The notes beneath the pieces are model-generated. The model did not search any database and had not been told where the DNA came from. It was given only the letters and a program-made list of their open reading frames with translations. A program made the translations under genes and the position numbers. This document shows, in pieces, positions 1 to 12,095 of a stretch of 64,000 bases of DNA; the first letter of the stretch is position 1, and every line of letters starts with the position of its first letter. This DNA comes from Cenococcum geophilum (taxonomy: Eukaryota): assembly GCA_050273025.1 (NCBI GenBank), contig CP158636.1, forward strand, positions 2,294,001 to 2,358,000. Direction: 5' to 3'.

Positions 1-683
1 TCTGCTCGAAGCTCTGCTCGAAGCTCTATCGAAGCTTTGCTCAAAACTCTACTTAAGGCTCTACTCAAGGCTCTACACAAGGCTCTGCTCGAAGCTCTAT
101 CGAAGCTCTGCTCAAAGCTCTATCGAAGCTTTACTCAAAGCTCTATCGAACCATTAATATTCTAGGCTCCATACGTACTATTACAACACAAAAATACTAC
201 GAGGTAAAAGCCCTTTTTCTTCTCTATTACATCTATGTTGTGGTAATATTATAGCTTTATTATATAAAAAGTTAGACATAGGCGATCGGTCGTAAAATCG
301 CGAAGATACGTTTCAGGGAGAATTCGCGTAGTGGACCTAACAAGACTCGTCAGAAAATTTCGACCTGTAATTTTAGAACTTTATATTAGCTAAAATGCAT
401 AAATAAGTACATAGATAAATAAAGTAACCCTTAAAATATAATCGATTACCCTCTAAAGTGGTTAACTAGTCAACTGGTGGAGATATATTGCTCTCTAGCA
501 GTATCGCGTTTAATTGATGAGTAGACCTTTATACATTTTCGCACCAAAGGCCCTCAGACGGCAAACGAGACCGCGCTTCTAAGTACAGGGGTTATATAAC
601 GCTAGCAGGGTTTTTATATAAAGCTATACTAATTAAGTACTAGCGAGATTTATCTCGTTTGCCGTCTGAGTCGCTTACTGAGA
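1..683. mobile_element. Right end of a RIP-degraded TIR element of the family at 8324-9756 (12-mer array, subterminal hairpin, terminus followed by TA)
   Basis: GAAGCTCTGCTC-like 12-mer array at 1-150 matches 8760-8905. Perfect 18-bp stem 553-570/653-670 (CTCAGACGGCAAACGAGA). Ends ...CTGAGA|TA like ...CTGAGG|TA at 9756. Confidence 0.55.
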
Positions 684-724
684 TAAGCTCTTAGCGAGTT
701 TCCGATCTTTTGCAACAGACAGTA

Positions 725-1186
725 ACGTGCCTCCCTCCCTAGCGAGACACCCCCCCAAGCGAGACAATTTTTAACACGTTTTCTCAATTTTAGTAACAAT
801 AAGATAGCTTTTTCTGAAATTTAAAAATTTAATATAAAGCAAGTATACTCTAAAAAACCCTCCTAAAAAGTATATAATTTTTTTTTGAAGGAATAAATTT
901 TTATTAAAGATTTTTAGTTTCTTTAGTTTAGCGTGAAGATCGCAGCACGCTAGGTGGATCCTTATCACTAATAAACCAGGCTTTCCCACCCTTTTTTTTA
1001 ATTAGAGTATATTTTTATCTTCCTTCCTACTTAATAAAGTAAAAATTTAAATATATAGTTCATTTTTAAGATATACTCTATTTCAGAAATAGATTTAATA
1101 TAATATTATTTTAATAAGCGTGGCTCAGAATCAGGTAATTAAGGTGTCTCGCTGGGGGGGATGTCTCGCTTGGGGGGGTTTTACGT
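725..1186. mobile_element. Non-autonomous Tc1/mariner (pogo/Fot1-like) element or MITE
   Basis: TA|ACGT...ACGT|TA termini. About 45-bp imperfect TIRs, each with two AGCGAGACA motifs beside C/G runs. AT-rich RIPed interior. Ends about 150 bp upstream of the HET ATG. Confidence 0.8.
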
Positions 1187-1337
1187 TAACCCGGACCTCC
1201 GATACCAGGCCAGGCTACATCCCCATACCACCAAGGGACTCCCTTCAGTACATCTCCGTCATGACTGCAATTCATATTTAACTTCAAAAGTCCGCAAGTC
1301 AAGTTTTAGCGCGATCTCTTGAACATCGCACCCAAGT

Positions 1338-2942
1338 ATGCGTCTGCTCAATGTTCATACATTTGAAATACACACATTCCATGGCCAGGATATCCCCAGA
1401 TATGGTATTCTCTCGCATACCTGGGGTGAAGATGAAGTCAGTTTTGCGAAATTTCAAGATGAATTTGGGGAAGCTTGTCGTATGAAAGGCTTCCAAAAGA
1501 TACAGTTCACTTGCGAGCAAGCACGATCAGATGGTCTCAACTACGCCTGGATTGATACTATATGCATCGACAAATCCAGCAGCACAGAATTATCAGAAGC
1601 AATCAACTCAATGTTTAAATGGTATCGGGATGCGACTGTCTGCTACGTCTTTCTCATTGATATTATCAAAGACAGGACAGACTTTACCTCAAGCCGATGG
1701 TGGATCAGGGCGTGGACCCTCCAGGAACTCATTGCCCCGGTCACAGTACAGTTCTACGACTGCTCTTGGAAGAGCCTCGGAACTAAAGAAGATCGCTTGC
1801 TAGTTATCTCTAATAGAACGGGAATCGACATCGATACTCTCAAGGACCCGGGTTGCCGGATGCGGAACAGCATTGCACGGCGTATGTCCTGGGCAGCCGG
1901 AAGACAGGCGACTAGGGTCGAAGATATCGCATACTCTCTATTAGGTATATTTGACGTCCACATCGGTCTGCTCTACGGCGAAGGCGATATAGCGTTCTTC
2001 CGGCTACAACAGGAAATTTTAAGAGTTTCCGAAGACCAATCATTGTTTGCATGGGGGTTTGAAGCCCTCCAATTCAAAGATATACTGGAAAAGAGCAAGG
2101 AGGTTAATGAAGTTCCAAGTCAGTCAAACCAGCAATCTTCATGGGGCGCACTCGCTACATCCCCAGACCAATTCCAAGCCAGTGGAGACATAAAACCTAT
2201 TCAATCTGATCACACTCACCCTCCATCTTCCATGACCAACCGCGGAACACAGGTGAACCTTTTTTTATTCAAGTCACGTCACGCAGTCAAGTATCCAGAA
2301 ATTGGCTTGCTTGAGTGTGGACTTGCGTCGGAAGTTCATCAATGCATCGGTATTCTCTTGGAGGAGAAAGGCTCAGTCGACTGTGTTACTAGAGTGAGCA
2401 TTGCACCGAGGACGTTTTCATTCCTCGTGCCTATTCAGATGCTGATCGGAGCAGTCGGTAGACGGGTATGGATCCAGAACGCGGAATCGAGGCAAATACA
2501 GCCCCATTTACAACCATCAGCGTACAGCGTCGTCTTGAAAGCCGGCTTGCTATTACAGATGGGTTACAAGATTGCCCAAATCAAACCAAAAGGTTGGGAT
2601 TGGGACGAGGTCTATTCGATTGCTCGCTACACAGATCCAGGAGAGCAAAGAATACCTATGGAATTTCACCTCTTCTCAGAACGCCACAAAAGCATCATTG
2701 TGATTTCTGAGCAAACAGACTCGTCACATTCAACCATTCACCTCTTTAGGATCTGGGGCCAGCACATCAAGGAGTCGGATTTCAAGGACCCAAAATTTGC
2801 AATCAATCCGAAACACACTGAGTTGAAGAGGGACTTTTGCGGCTTTGCGGTCCAAAAACAGCACAATCGGATACTAAACCAGCACATTACTACCCTGGAT
2901 ATTGTCAGCCTTGCCGGGTTCAAAGAGAGACATCCGATTTGA
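1338..2942 (+). CDS. HET-domain (PF06985) heterokaryon-incompatibility-type protein, 534 aa, single exon
   Basis: HET motifs MRLLN, YGILSHTWG, WIDTICIDKSSSTELSEAINSMFKWY and RAWTLQEL. Followed by the usual RMSWAAGRQATRVEDIAYSLLGIF...LYGEG..AFFRLQ block. No NACHT, WD or ANK motifs recognised. Sequence is not RIPed. Confidence 0.95.
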   Translation: MRLLNVHTFEIHTFHGQDIPRYGILSHTWGEDEVSFAKFQDEFGEACRMKGFQKIQFTCEQARSDGLNYAWIDTICIDKSSSTELSEAINSMFKWYRDATVCYVFLIDIIKDRTDFTSSRWWIRAWTLQELIAPVTVQFYDCSWKSLGTKEDRLLVISNRTGIDIDTLKDPGCRMRNSIARRMSWAAGRQATRVEDIAYSLLGIFDVHIGLLYGEGDIAFFRLQQEILRVSEDQSLFAWGFEALQFKDILEKSKEVNEVPSQSNQQSSWGALATSPDQFQASGDIKPIQSDHTHPPSSMTNRGTQVNLFLFKSRHAVKYPEIGLLECGLASEVHQCIGILLEEKGSVDCVTRVSIAPRTFSFLVPIQMLIGAVGRRVWIQNAESRQIQPHLQPSAYSVVLKAGLLLQMGYKIAQIKPKGWDWDEVYSIARYTDPGEQRIPMEFHLFSERHKSIIVISEQTDSSHSTIHLFRIWGQHIKESDFKDPKFAINPKHTELKRDFCGFAVQKQHNRILNQHITTLDIVSLAGFKERHPI

Positions 2943-3688
2943 TATCTTCAAAAGGAAAGATTCTGACTTCTATGCAAGATGATCGGGAAAGGATCTTTTA
3001 ATCCACCACACCACCACTGTGTTCGTGCTCTACTTTTGTCCTTACTAAATGCCGTTTTCGGTCCTAAACATTTCTTAAAATGAACGGAGTAGTGACAAAG
3101 CGGACGGAAATGTAGCTGAGCGATCCTGAGCTAAGCTAAGGGTCGCTCTGAAGCACTCCCGTGATGTGCCCAAGCTTGGCCTTCAACTACGCCTAGGTTG
3201 ACACTTGTTGCAGTTAGGAATGTCGCCTGCACTGACAATGCCCAACAAAAGTGGTGGCAACATACTAATATACTTAATATACTAACATATAGAAAGGGGT
3301 TTTTTAGGAGTTAGGTTAAATATTTAAAGGACTGCAGTCCCTACCTTAAATAGATCTTTCTATATAATAAATCTTAAAATATAAAAGGATTAATCTATTA
3401 GGTATACACTCTATATATTATAAATCTTGTTAATTTATTATTATATACCTAGCCCATTTACAGGTCTACTATAGTATTTTCTATAAGGCTTTATAATAAA
3501 TATAAGTATATATAAAATATTAATGATTTAAAAGTACTTTTAAATATATTATAAATATATTTATTATATACTTTATAGTCCTTATTTAAATCTCCTAATT
3601 AAGCTCTATAAATGAATAAATAATATTTAATAATAAGCTTAATAAGCTTAATATTCTATTATAACTAATTTAAATATATATATTTTAT

Positions 3689-4028
3689 TGTAAGGTAACA
3701 GGCTCCGCACCACCTAGCCACGGCACAAACCCCAAAAGGTAAGCGAGTAACTAGCAAGATGCTAGGTACGGCTGTGCGGAACAATATATATAGGCGAGGT
3801 GTCGATCGGTAGTCCGTGCACCGATAAGTAAGTAAAGAATAAGGACTCTGTCTATTGAATGTGGTTCTAGAGCTTCTATATATACATAAGAAAAAAAAAG
3901 GTAGTAAACTAATTTGGTGACCGTGTCGGAGACCAAGTCGTAGACCAAGTCGTTGACCGAGACTGTAGTAAGAAAATCTGTTTCAAGATTCGACCTGAAT
4001 CGACACGAGGTAACTTCGTCACCGGACA
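3689..4028. mobile_element. Solo LTR (340 bp)
   Basis: TGTAAG...GGACA termini with 5-bp TSD TTTAT (3684-3688/4029-4033). GC-richer than its flanks. Confidence 0.8.
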
Positions 4029-4398
4029 TTTATTTACTATTTTTAGGAGGGGTTTTTAAAGAAAGAGTAGCCTATAAGCTTATTTAGGTTAAGGTATCTT
4101 TTAAAGGAATTGTATTCTAATTAAAATATATTATAATAATATTTAAATCTTACTTTAAAATGTACTTTAATTTTTATTTAGGGTTTATTTAGACTTTTTT
4201 TTAAAAATCTTTTACTATAGTTATATTACTTTTACAACATATTTAGATAATAGAAATTAATTAATTTAGCCCCCCCCCCCCCCTTAATATAATTTAAGTA
4301 TATATATTAATTTAACAGTTATTATAAAGTTAGTTATAGAGATAAGAGTGGTAATAAGTAAAGTAAATATTTTTTAAGAGTAGGTTAGATTAAGTAAG

Positions 4399-4990
4399 TG
4401 TAACGAAGCCTTATAGGAAATACTACGGTGGACTTGTTAATAGCTAGGTATATAGATAATAATGGTTAATAAGTATAATAATAGAGTAGGGTACTAATAG
4501 ACTAACTCTAATTATATTCTAAGATTTACTATAAAGAAGAGAACTATCTAAGGTACGGACTACTAGCCGCTTATACTTAGCTATACCGTCTTAAGCGGGT
4601 GCGTAAGAAGGTTCGCTTTAAGGAGTAGAAACTTATAGAGTAAGGTTTATAGGAACCCAACGAGAAAAGAAAGGATTCCCCCCCAATAGAGAGGGGAATA
4701 ACTCTAAGTAACTAGGTAGCTACTTCTCTTAAATTCCCCTTAAGTAACTTATTTTTTTACAATCTTTCTTTATTAATACTGCCTAACCTATTCTCTTTTA
4801 ATACTTCTATACCTTTCCTATAGCATTCTTTAGGTTCTTTAATAGTTTCTAGGTAGCCTAATTATAGCCTATCTACTTTACTTTATACTATATTTTATAG
4901 TCTATATTCTTATAACTAATAATCTTTAAAACTTACTATTTATCTTCTTCTTATCCTCTATATATATCTACTTCGTAAATTAGTAGCTCT
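4399..4990 (-). mobile_element. Truncated 3' end of a Gypsy chromovirus (LTR fragment plus chromodomain relic)
   Basis: 4399-4560 (TGTAACGAAGCC...) is similar to the LTR at 61273. Minus strand about 4820-4890 reads YKVK*IGYN*AT*KLLKNLKNA (RIPed chromodomain), homologous to 62470-62640. Confidence 0.7.
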
Positions 4991-4999
4991 ATATCTCTA

Positions 5000-7300
5000 A
5001 AAAGAAAAGGCAGGAATCTTAAAGCTAGGCGTCCCTTGTGTAATAGACCACACTAATAAGCTAACTGTAAAATAGGTTATTAAGACCGTTATAAAAGATG
5101 TAGAAGCTAGCCCACTACTATATAGAGATAAATTGTCTAAAGAAATAGAAAAATTTAAAGGATAGTAGGATAATATAGGTAATCTCCTACTTTATTAGCA
5201 AGTTAATACTGTATATACTTATCTCGCGATCTACTAAGCTTTAAAATTCTTACAACGCCCTACCCTAAACGTATACAATATTATATCCGCTTTAAAGCAG
5301 TAAAGCTAGCCTAGCTGTTTATAAAAATTATGTCTTAAACCGATTACTAGTTGCTCTAAATTAATCCTTCTTAACGGTGCTTATAATGCTAACTTAGCTT
5401 AAATTCTTAGTGGGTATATTAATAAGAGAGTTTACACAAATTAGTTAAACGAAAAGACAACTAAAATTACTTAGGTTTTAGCAATATCTAATAGTAAAGC
5501 CGTTATAGAGATTCTAACCCTGTTAATTGCTAATAGTAATAGCGTAGTTACTATAGAATTTGGACCCGTTAATAGCATGCTATAGGTTTAGCTAATGTCT
5601 TCTATAGACCTTTTTAAGCCTACTTATGGGATTGCTAAAATTAAGTAAGGCAACTATTACGGAGATAATATTTTAGTAGCTCTGGTATTAGCCGCTAAAA
5701 TAGCGAAAGAGTGTCACGGCACTGACCTGACGCGTTGTTATAGCTTGTGTACGCGTATGCATGAGCACGGACCTAATCCCTAAGCGACACGTATATATAC
5801 CGCCTCACCTCCTATATAGCTCCTTACACGACATCGTTTGTCAATAATATACAGTCACCTCGTACCTCGTACCTTGACAGTCGGCACGTACTGTGACAAA
5901 GAGAGCTATATGGTAGTAGCTGGAATCTTATATCTAGTTTTAGATATTCTCCGCTTAAGGAGGAATTTTTTATAGTAGATATCCTCTAAGGCAAAACCGA
6001 CGGATATAGGATAGTTTTAAGGGGTTTTTCTACCCTAATAAAGGTTACCTTTTTACCTAGATGCGGGGACTTTTTAGAGAGAGTTAAGATAAATAAAGGT
6101 ATAATCTACCTTTCTTAAAGATAAATCTATAGTCTCAGTTCTAGAGATAGGAGTAGTTAGTAGTATTATAGTAGATAAATACCCCTTTATTATATGCTGC
6201 TATATTTACGGTTATTATTAAAGTAGAAAGCCGCTTTATATATAAGAAACCATTAAGAAAAACCTTATTGTTATTTATTTTTAATTCCTCTTTACTTAAT
6301 AAGGCCGATTTTTCTAACTAATTACCTTAACCCCAAGCTTAGTAATACTAGGAACTATTATTTTATATTATTTGCTATTATTTATCTAAGCCCTTTAATG
6401 TAATAGATAAACCACCCTTAGAGTACTGTTCTAATATAATTAATTACTTTACCTATAGTTAACATAGTGTTATAAACTAATCTTAAAAGTGAGTTTTAAG
6501 TGCCCTTAGAGGCTTATCTAAAATAATTATTTTATAGGAACGGCTTAAATACACCTTAAACCTTTCTATTAAGCAAATCTAACGCGGAACCCAAATTAAC
6601 TACGTATATTATATTAAAAGAGGGAGTGATTTATAATAGACAAGACTGCTAGCCTGCTTCTTAAAGCTTTAGACCATAATTCGGCCTACTAGTCCAACTA
6701 TTTTATGCTGCTTTTACCTAAGGGACAAAGTGCCGGACTAACTATTATCTATAAGCATAAACTGTGGCTAAAGTCTTATAGCCAGTGCTGCTAATTTCCT
6801 ATTTACTAAGACATCTTTAAAGATGGTGGAAAATGTTACCTAACCTAAGATAATAAAAAAGCCTGTTTAAAATACTATAATAGTATATAGCCAATTGGTC
6901 CGTATACGGCCGCAGGGGTCTCTAAAAAGATTACAATTAGTATAGTTCTTAGCTCTTGACAGAATGCTAAACCTTATATTATTGAGATGCTTTTTTTATG
7001 GCTAGAAAACGCTAAAATTAGATAATTCTTAGGTAGAAGTTAGGGCCACCTTATGCACGATCCTACCTCGTGCACGGTACTAATATACCTTTTAAAATAC
7101 TTACAATTATTGGCTTGGATCTTTGGGACAGGTATTGTCCTAACATCGACCCTAGGATAGTTTTGGATAAATCTTATCGCGATAAGTCTTGGCATACCCT
7201 AAATAAATCCCCAGTTGTCTTCTTTTTCTTTATTATTGTATAAAATATAGCTTTAAAAGTAGAATTAGAAACTCTTGACTCTATTAATACCGCTAAATTA
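5000..7300. other. Unclassified RIP-degraded repeat or coding relic
   Basis: TpA-rich with stops in all frames. Interrupted by a solo LTR. No diagnostic motif recognised. Confidence 0.35.
5712..5898. mobile_element. Solo LTR (187 bp), same family as 19401-19582
   Basis: TGTCAC...GTGACA termini. TSD AAGAG (5707-5711/5899-5903). Near-identical copy at 19401. Confidence 0.92.
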
Positions 7301-7380
7301 AAAAATATAAGAAGTTACTTAGCTAGGTAGTTATATATTTTTAATTAAACGTTATTATATAATATAGAGGCTCCGCGTAT

Positions 7381-7790
7381 AAAAGCCCTACGATTGCAAA
7401 GCCCTATGTACGGAGACTCTATATAAAGCTCTGCACGAGGCTTTATATAGAGGCTCTGTATAAGGCTTTGTACAAAGCTCTGGGTATGGAGGCTCTACGT
7501 GAAGCTCTGCGGAGGCTCTGCATAAAGCTGTGTACAAAGCTCTGCATACGGAGGCTCTACACAACGGCTTTGCGTACAACGGTTCTACGTATAACGGTTT
7601 TGCGTACGACGGCTCTACTACGGAGGCTCTATATAAAAGCTTTGTGCAGATCTTCGTGTAGAGCTTTGTGCGGATACTCCGCGCAGAGCTTTGTGTAGAG
7701 CTTTGTATAGAGCTTCCCGCAGAGCCTCCGCAGAGCCTCCGCAGAGCTTTATGTAGAGCTTTGTGCAGAGCTTCGTGCAGAGCTTTGTAT
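7381..7790. repeat. Degenerate ~12-bp tandem array (AGAGCTCTGCAC-like)
   Basis: Recurrent GAGCTCTG/GAGCTTTG/GGCTCT units. Source of spurious ORFs 7388-7822 and 7468-7698. Confidence 0.8.
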
Positions 7791-7809
7791 AGGCAAGAAA
7801 TTAAAATAG

Positions 7810-8110
7810 AAAAGCTCTGCATAGGGCACTTTTATCCTTATTGATTGCGATATTTTATGCATTTTCTATTAGAAAAAGGATATTTTACGCTTGCTTATTG
7901 CCCTACCTAAAACCACTCTATATAAGAGGGATAGGGGATTTTTCTCTAAGTATTTAGCTATTATATAGTTCGGGGGGAGAGGTAGGTAAAGTATTGGGGT
8001 GGAAAAGCTCCGCATAGGGTACTTTTATCCTTATTGATTGCGATATTTTATGCATTTTCTATTAGATAAGAATATTTTATGCTCGCTTATTCACCTTATC
8101 CAAAACCACC
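7810..8110. repeat. ~105-bp direct repeat pair (about 7810-7917 and 8003-8110)
   Basis: AAAAGCTC(T/C)GCATAGGG(C/T)ACTTTTATCCTTATTGATTGCGATATTTTATGCATTTTCTATTAGA occurs twice. Confidence 0.85.
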
Positions 8111-8323
8111 CTGATTGACCCGTCAGTCATTTTGCTCGGCTCGCCTTAGACTACTAAGGCCGCAACAGGAGTTACATAAATTTTGCATTTGCATTTAAAT
8201 GGAATAGAGGGACAATTAGACGTCGATAACGCGAATTTCAATACGAGTTTCCTACTGTGTATGTTCCTATACTTTCTAAGCGCTTATTAAAAAGTAGCCG
8301 CTTAGTTAATGCTTTTGATTTTA

Positions 8324-9756
8324 CCTCAGAAGCTCAGACCAAGAAATCGATTGCGAATATAGGAATATCCGCACCGTCCGCTAAGCTGATTTAGGACGGT
8401 AATCGTTTTCTTAGTCTGAGGCGCTTTGGCGAGATTTATAGAAAACCTAAACACGATTTATATGAGAGGACCCCATTAACTTTAACAAAATTAATCTACC
8501 CTCCTATAATACCTATTGACATAAAAATTACACCAAATTATAGAGAAAAGCCTACTCTATAAAGCTATGAGATCTTTAGCTCCTTATACACGCGCGACAT
8601 TAAGAGGAATTCGTCGCCGTAGAGGCCCCAATTCTACTTCTGTACCGCCGAGCCGCGCAGTAAACACCAACACTAAACGCTTACGCCCACGCCGCCAGCC
8701 CTCTGCGTAGAGCTTTGCGAGAGCTCTGCGGACCGAAGCTCAGGGGGAGACCTGCACGGAGCTCCGCAAAAGCTCTGCACGAAGCTCCGCACGAAGCTCC
8801 GCACGAAGCTCTACTCGAAGCTCTGCTCGAAGCTCTACTCAGGGCTCTACTCGAAGCTCTGCTCAAAGCTCTGCTCGAAGCCCTATATAGAGCTCCAAAG
8901 CTCTACTAACACGCAGCGCTAATATACTTGGAAGGTTCTACAATTGCCCGTACGAACGCCCGTACGAACTCCCATACAATCAATCGATCAATTGCCCATA
9001 CAATCGTCTACAAACGTCTCTGCAATTGATCGCCCGTACGAACGTCTGCACGTCTGCACAGCTACACGTCTATACGCCTGCACGTGGCTCTGCACAAGGC
9101 TCTGCCCCCTAGTAGTAGCAGAGACACTCCGGGCCAAGGGAGGATATTTTTAAGGAAGGACCCAACTATAGCACCTACTAGGTGTTGCAATAGCTTTAAG
9201 TAGTAGTGTAAGCTTTACAGTGTGTGGGAATTGAACAAGCGACTTAATTATAAATCTATGGAAATTAAGAGGTATATATACATAAAATGTAGACCCCTAA
9301 CTCCGAAGCCTATAAGTCATTTCAACTATATCCAAGATATACGAGGGTAGTGCTGACGCAGGTAAAATATGGTAATATGTAAGGTCCGGTAGTTGGTTAT
9401 AAGTAGATATCTATATATCTGTATATTTTTATCTATATTAGTAGACTATTTAATAAGATATAATATATGCTTACGCTTTTAATAATGCGTTTTTTAACTT
9501 TAATAAAATTAATATTAGGACTAAGTAATAGCCATATAATAAAATTTATACTATTTAGAAGCCCTAAGTCTTGAAAAAAATATAACTACGTGTAGTAATA
9601 ATAACGCGTTATATAAATGAATAAACTAGTTTTGCGGATTTTGCTTACGCTTTTAACAAAACTCGCCAAAGGCTCAGACGTGATTGAGCGAGAAGGAGGA
9701 CGGCCCTGCTGTTATTCCGACGCTAGCCAAAAAAATCATGTCTGAGCTCGCTGAGG
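8324..9756. mobile_element. Non-autonomous TA-flanked TIR element with hairpin-bearing ends and a central 12-mer array
   Basis: TA|CCTCAGAAGCTCAGAC ... GTCTGAGCTCGCTGAGG|TA. Hairpins at 8333-8420 and 9672-9747. 12-mer array at 8700-8905. Contains solo LTR 9207-9401. Confidence 0.65.
9207..9401. mobile_element. RIPed solo LTR of the Copia-like family at 50793-52228
   Basis: Aligns end to end with LTRs 50793-50986 and 52035-52228. TSD AGTAG (9202-9206/9402-9406). Confidence 0.92.
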
Positions 9757-9993
9757 TAACTTTTGATTAGCATATTTAGGCCTTAAGTTATTCTTATCTC
9801 AATATGTAATACTTTAAGGAGAATTCCTTAATTAGTTTCCTCTTTCTTATAGTTACCTTCTTATAATTTTACTCAAGCAAGTCCTCAAATAGCAAATTCT
9901 TCCGCCTACCTTCTTATCCCGCTCTTCATTGAACTCCTAAGCAGCTATGCTTAGAAATGTTATTTTCCCAACGGGTCTTTAGCTAGCGGCCAC

Positions 9994-10245
9994 TGTCCAT
10001 ACAACTTAAGCGCAACGCATAGTGCATGCTGCAATGCTGATAACCCGGAGGAGTAATATAGTTAATTTATAATATTCGCCACTGTCAATCAAAAGTCCGT
10101 ACGCAAATATTAGGAAAGGAAAACTCGTATAAAGATTAATCTATAAAGAAAATGAGGCTATATATACACGTAGTTGACTAAGTCGGTGACCGAGTTAAGG
10201 GGTCGGTGACCGAGTCAAGGTGGCAAAATCCGATTCAGGTCGACA
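9994..10245. mobile_element. Probable solo LTR (left end either 9994 or 10083)
   Basis: Ends ...CGACA followed by GCCAC. GCCAC|TGTC occurs at both 9989-9997 and 10078-10086, so the left boundary is ambiguous. Confidence 0.55.
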
Positions 10246-10852
10246 GCCACTTACTACCTTCCCTACTCAACACTAAATTGATGCTAAGGCTTATTATATT
10301 TTGTATATATTGACAGCTGGATATCCATAGAGCTCCTGGCGCGCCGCCAAGAATTAGTTATCTAAAGTAGATTTAAAGGCCTCCGCTAATCCACGCTAAT
10401 CTAGATAGATCCTTAATTATAATTAGTGCCTATTGTGCTCTTATGGATAATATGCGGAACGTTAATCCTCTAACGTAAATTTTAACCTAAGTTTATAAGT
10501 AATAAGCCAATTAATTTTAGAGCTTTATTATATAGACTTTAATTAATATATATAGAGATAAGGTTTTCCAGGGGGAGACCCCCTAGGACCCCCCTATATA
10601 GAGCTTTTACTTAATTTAGAAGTAGTAGTAAGATTAAGGCGCCTTAGTTACTGCTAGGTAAGGATCTACTATAGTAACTAAGGCGCCCTACTTAAGCTAG
10701 GCTTAAGGATTATATTAGTTACGAATCTAGTATATATTTAAACTATAGGGCTTTAATACAGAGCCCTCTATATAGGATCTGATATAGTAGGTATATATTT
10801 ATATTCCCAAATATTATTATATAACGCAATTTTTAGGTAACAAAAACCGCTA

Positions 10853-12095
10853 TTAATGTTGCTCGACTAATACCTACCGAAGGTTCCTCCGTCCTTCCTA
10901 TCTCCTCTTTTACCCGTCTCCTCGTCCGATACTATTTATATTGCTATATTAACTAATAAATCCCTTAATAGAGACTAAGGAGGGGTATTAGAGCGCCTCT
11001 AGCTCTTATAAGGAGGAGGAGAGAGAAAGGGAAAAAGGTATAAAGGAGGGAGTATTTATAGATGGAAGGAGGCCTACGAACGAGAGATTAGGCAGCCATA
11101 ATATAGATATTAACGTTGCTTAACTAACACCTACTAGACGCCCCTCCGTCCTTCCTATCTCCTCTCTTACCTATCTTCTTATTAGATACTATCTATATCG
11201 CCACGTTAACTAATAGATCCCTTAGTAGGGACTAGGGAAGGGTATTAGAGCACCTCTAGCTCTTATAAGGAAGAAAAAAGAAGAAGGGAGAAAGGTATAG
11301 AGGAGGGAGTATTTATAGATAAGAGGAGGCCTATAAATGGGAGATTAGGCAGCTATAATATAGATATTAATATTGCTTAACTAACACCTACTAGGCGCCC
11401 CTCCGTCCTTCCTATCTTCTCTCTTACCCGTTTTATTAGATATTATCTATATTACTACATTAACTAATAGATCCCTTAGTGGGGACTAGGAAGGAGTATT
11501 AGAGCACCTCTAGCTCTTATAAGGAAGAAGAAAAGAGGAGAAAAAGGTATAGAGGAGGGAGTATTTATAAATAGGAGGAGGCCTATAAACGGGAGATTAG
11601 GCAGCTATAGTATAGACGTTAACGTTGCTTAGCTAACACCTACTAAACGCCCCTCTATCCTTCCTATCTCCTCTCTTACCTGTCTCCTCGTTAGATGCTA
11701 TTTATATCGCCACGTTAACTAATAAATCCCTTAGTAGGGACTGGGGAGGGGTATTAGAGCACCTCTAGCTCTTATAAGGAAGAAGAAAAGAAGAGAGAAA
11801 GGTATAAAGGAGGGAGTATTTATAGATAGGAGGAGGCCTATAAGTATAGGAGATTAGGTAGCCATAATATAGCTATTAAAGTTACTTAACTAATACCTAC
11901 TAGAGGCTCCTCCGTCTTTCCTATCTTCTTTCTTACCCATCTCCTTATCTAATACTATCTATATTACTATATTAACTAATAGATCTCTTAGTAGAGACTA
12001 AGGAGTATTAAAGCAACTCTAGCTCTTATAAGGAAGAAGAAAAGAAGAGAGGAAGGTATAAAGAAGGGAGTATTTATAAATAGGAGGAGGCCCTG
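10853..12095. repeat. Five tandem ~255-bp units in the 3' region of Helitron A
   Basis: Units start near 10853, 11111, 11368, 11620 and 11877 (TAAYGTTGCT...GGAGGAGGCC). Confidence 0.9.

Noticed and set aside
5000..7300. Possible Starship captain (DUF3435) relic
   Set aside because: No tyrosine-recombinase motif could be read and no Starship-like boundary was seen. Left unclassified.
7388..9153. Leu/Ala/Arg-rich short ORFs
   Set aside because: Translations of 12-bp tandem repeats.
10300..10450. Apparent continuation of the RNase reading frame across the Helitron A junction
   Set aside because: The RNase fold ends at FHLC with a TAA at 43787-43789 before the junction, and the downstream frame has many stops. 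More likely 3' UTR.
10853..12095. Possible CRISPR-like array
   Set aside because: Whole ~255-bp units repeat with no unique spacers, there are no cas genes, and the context is eukaryotic.
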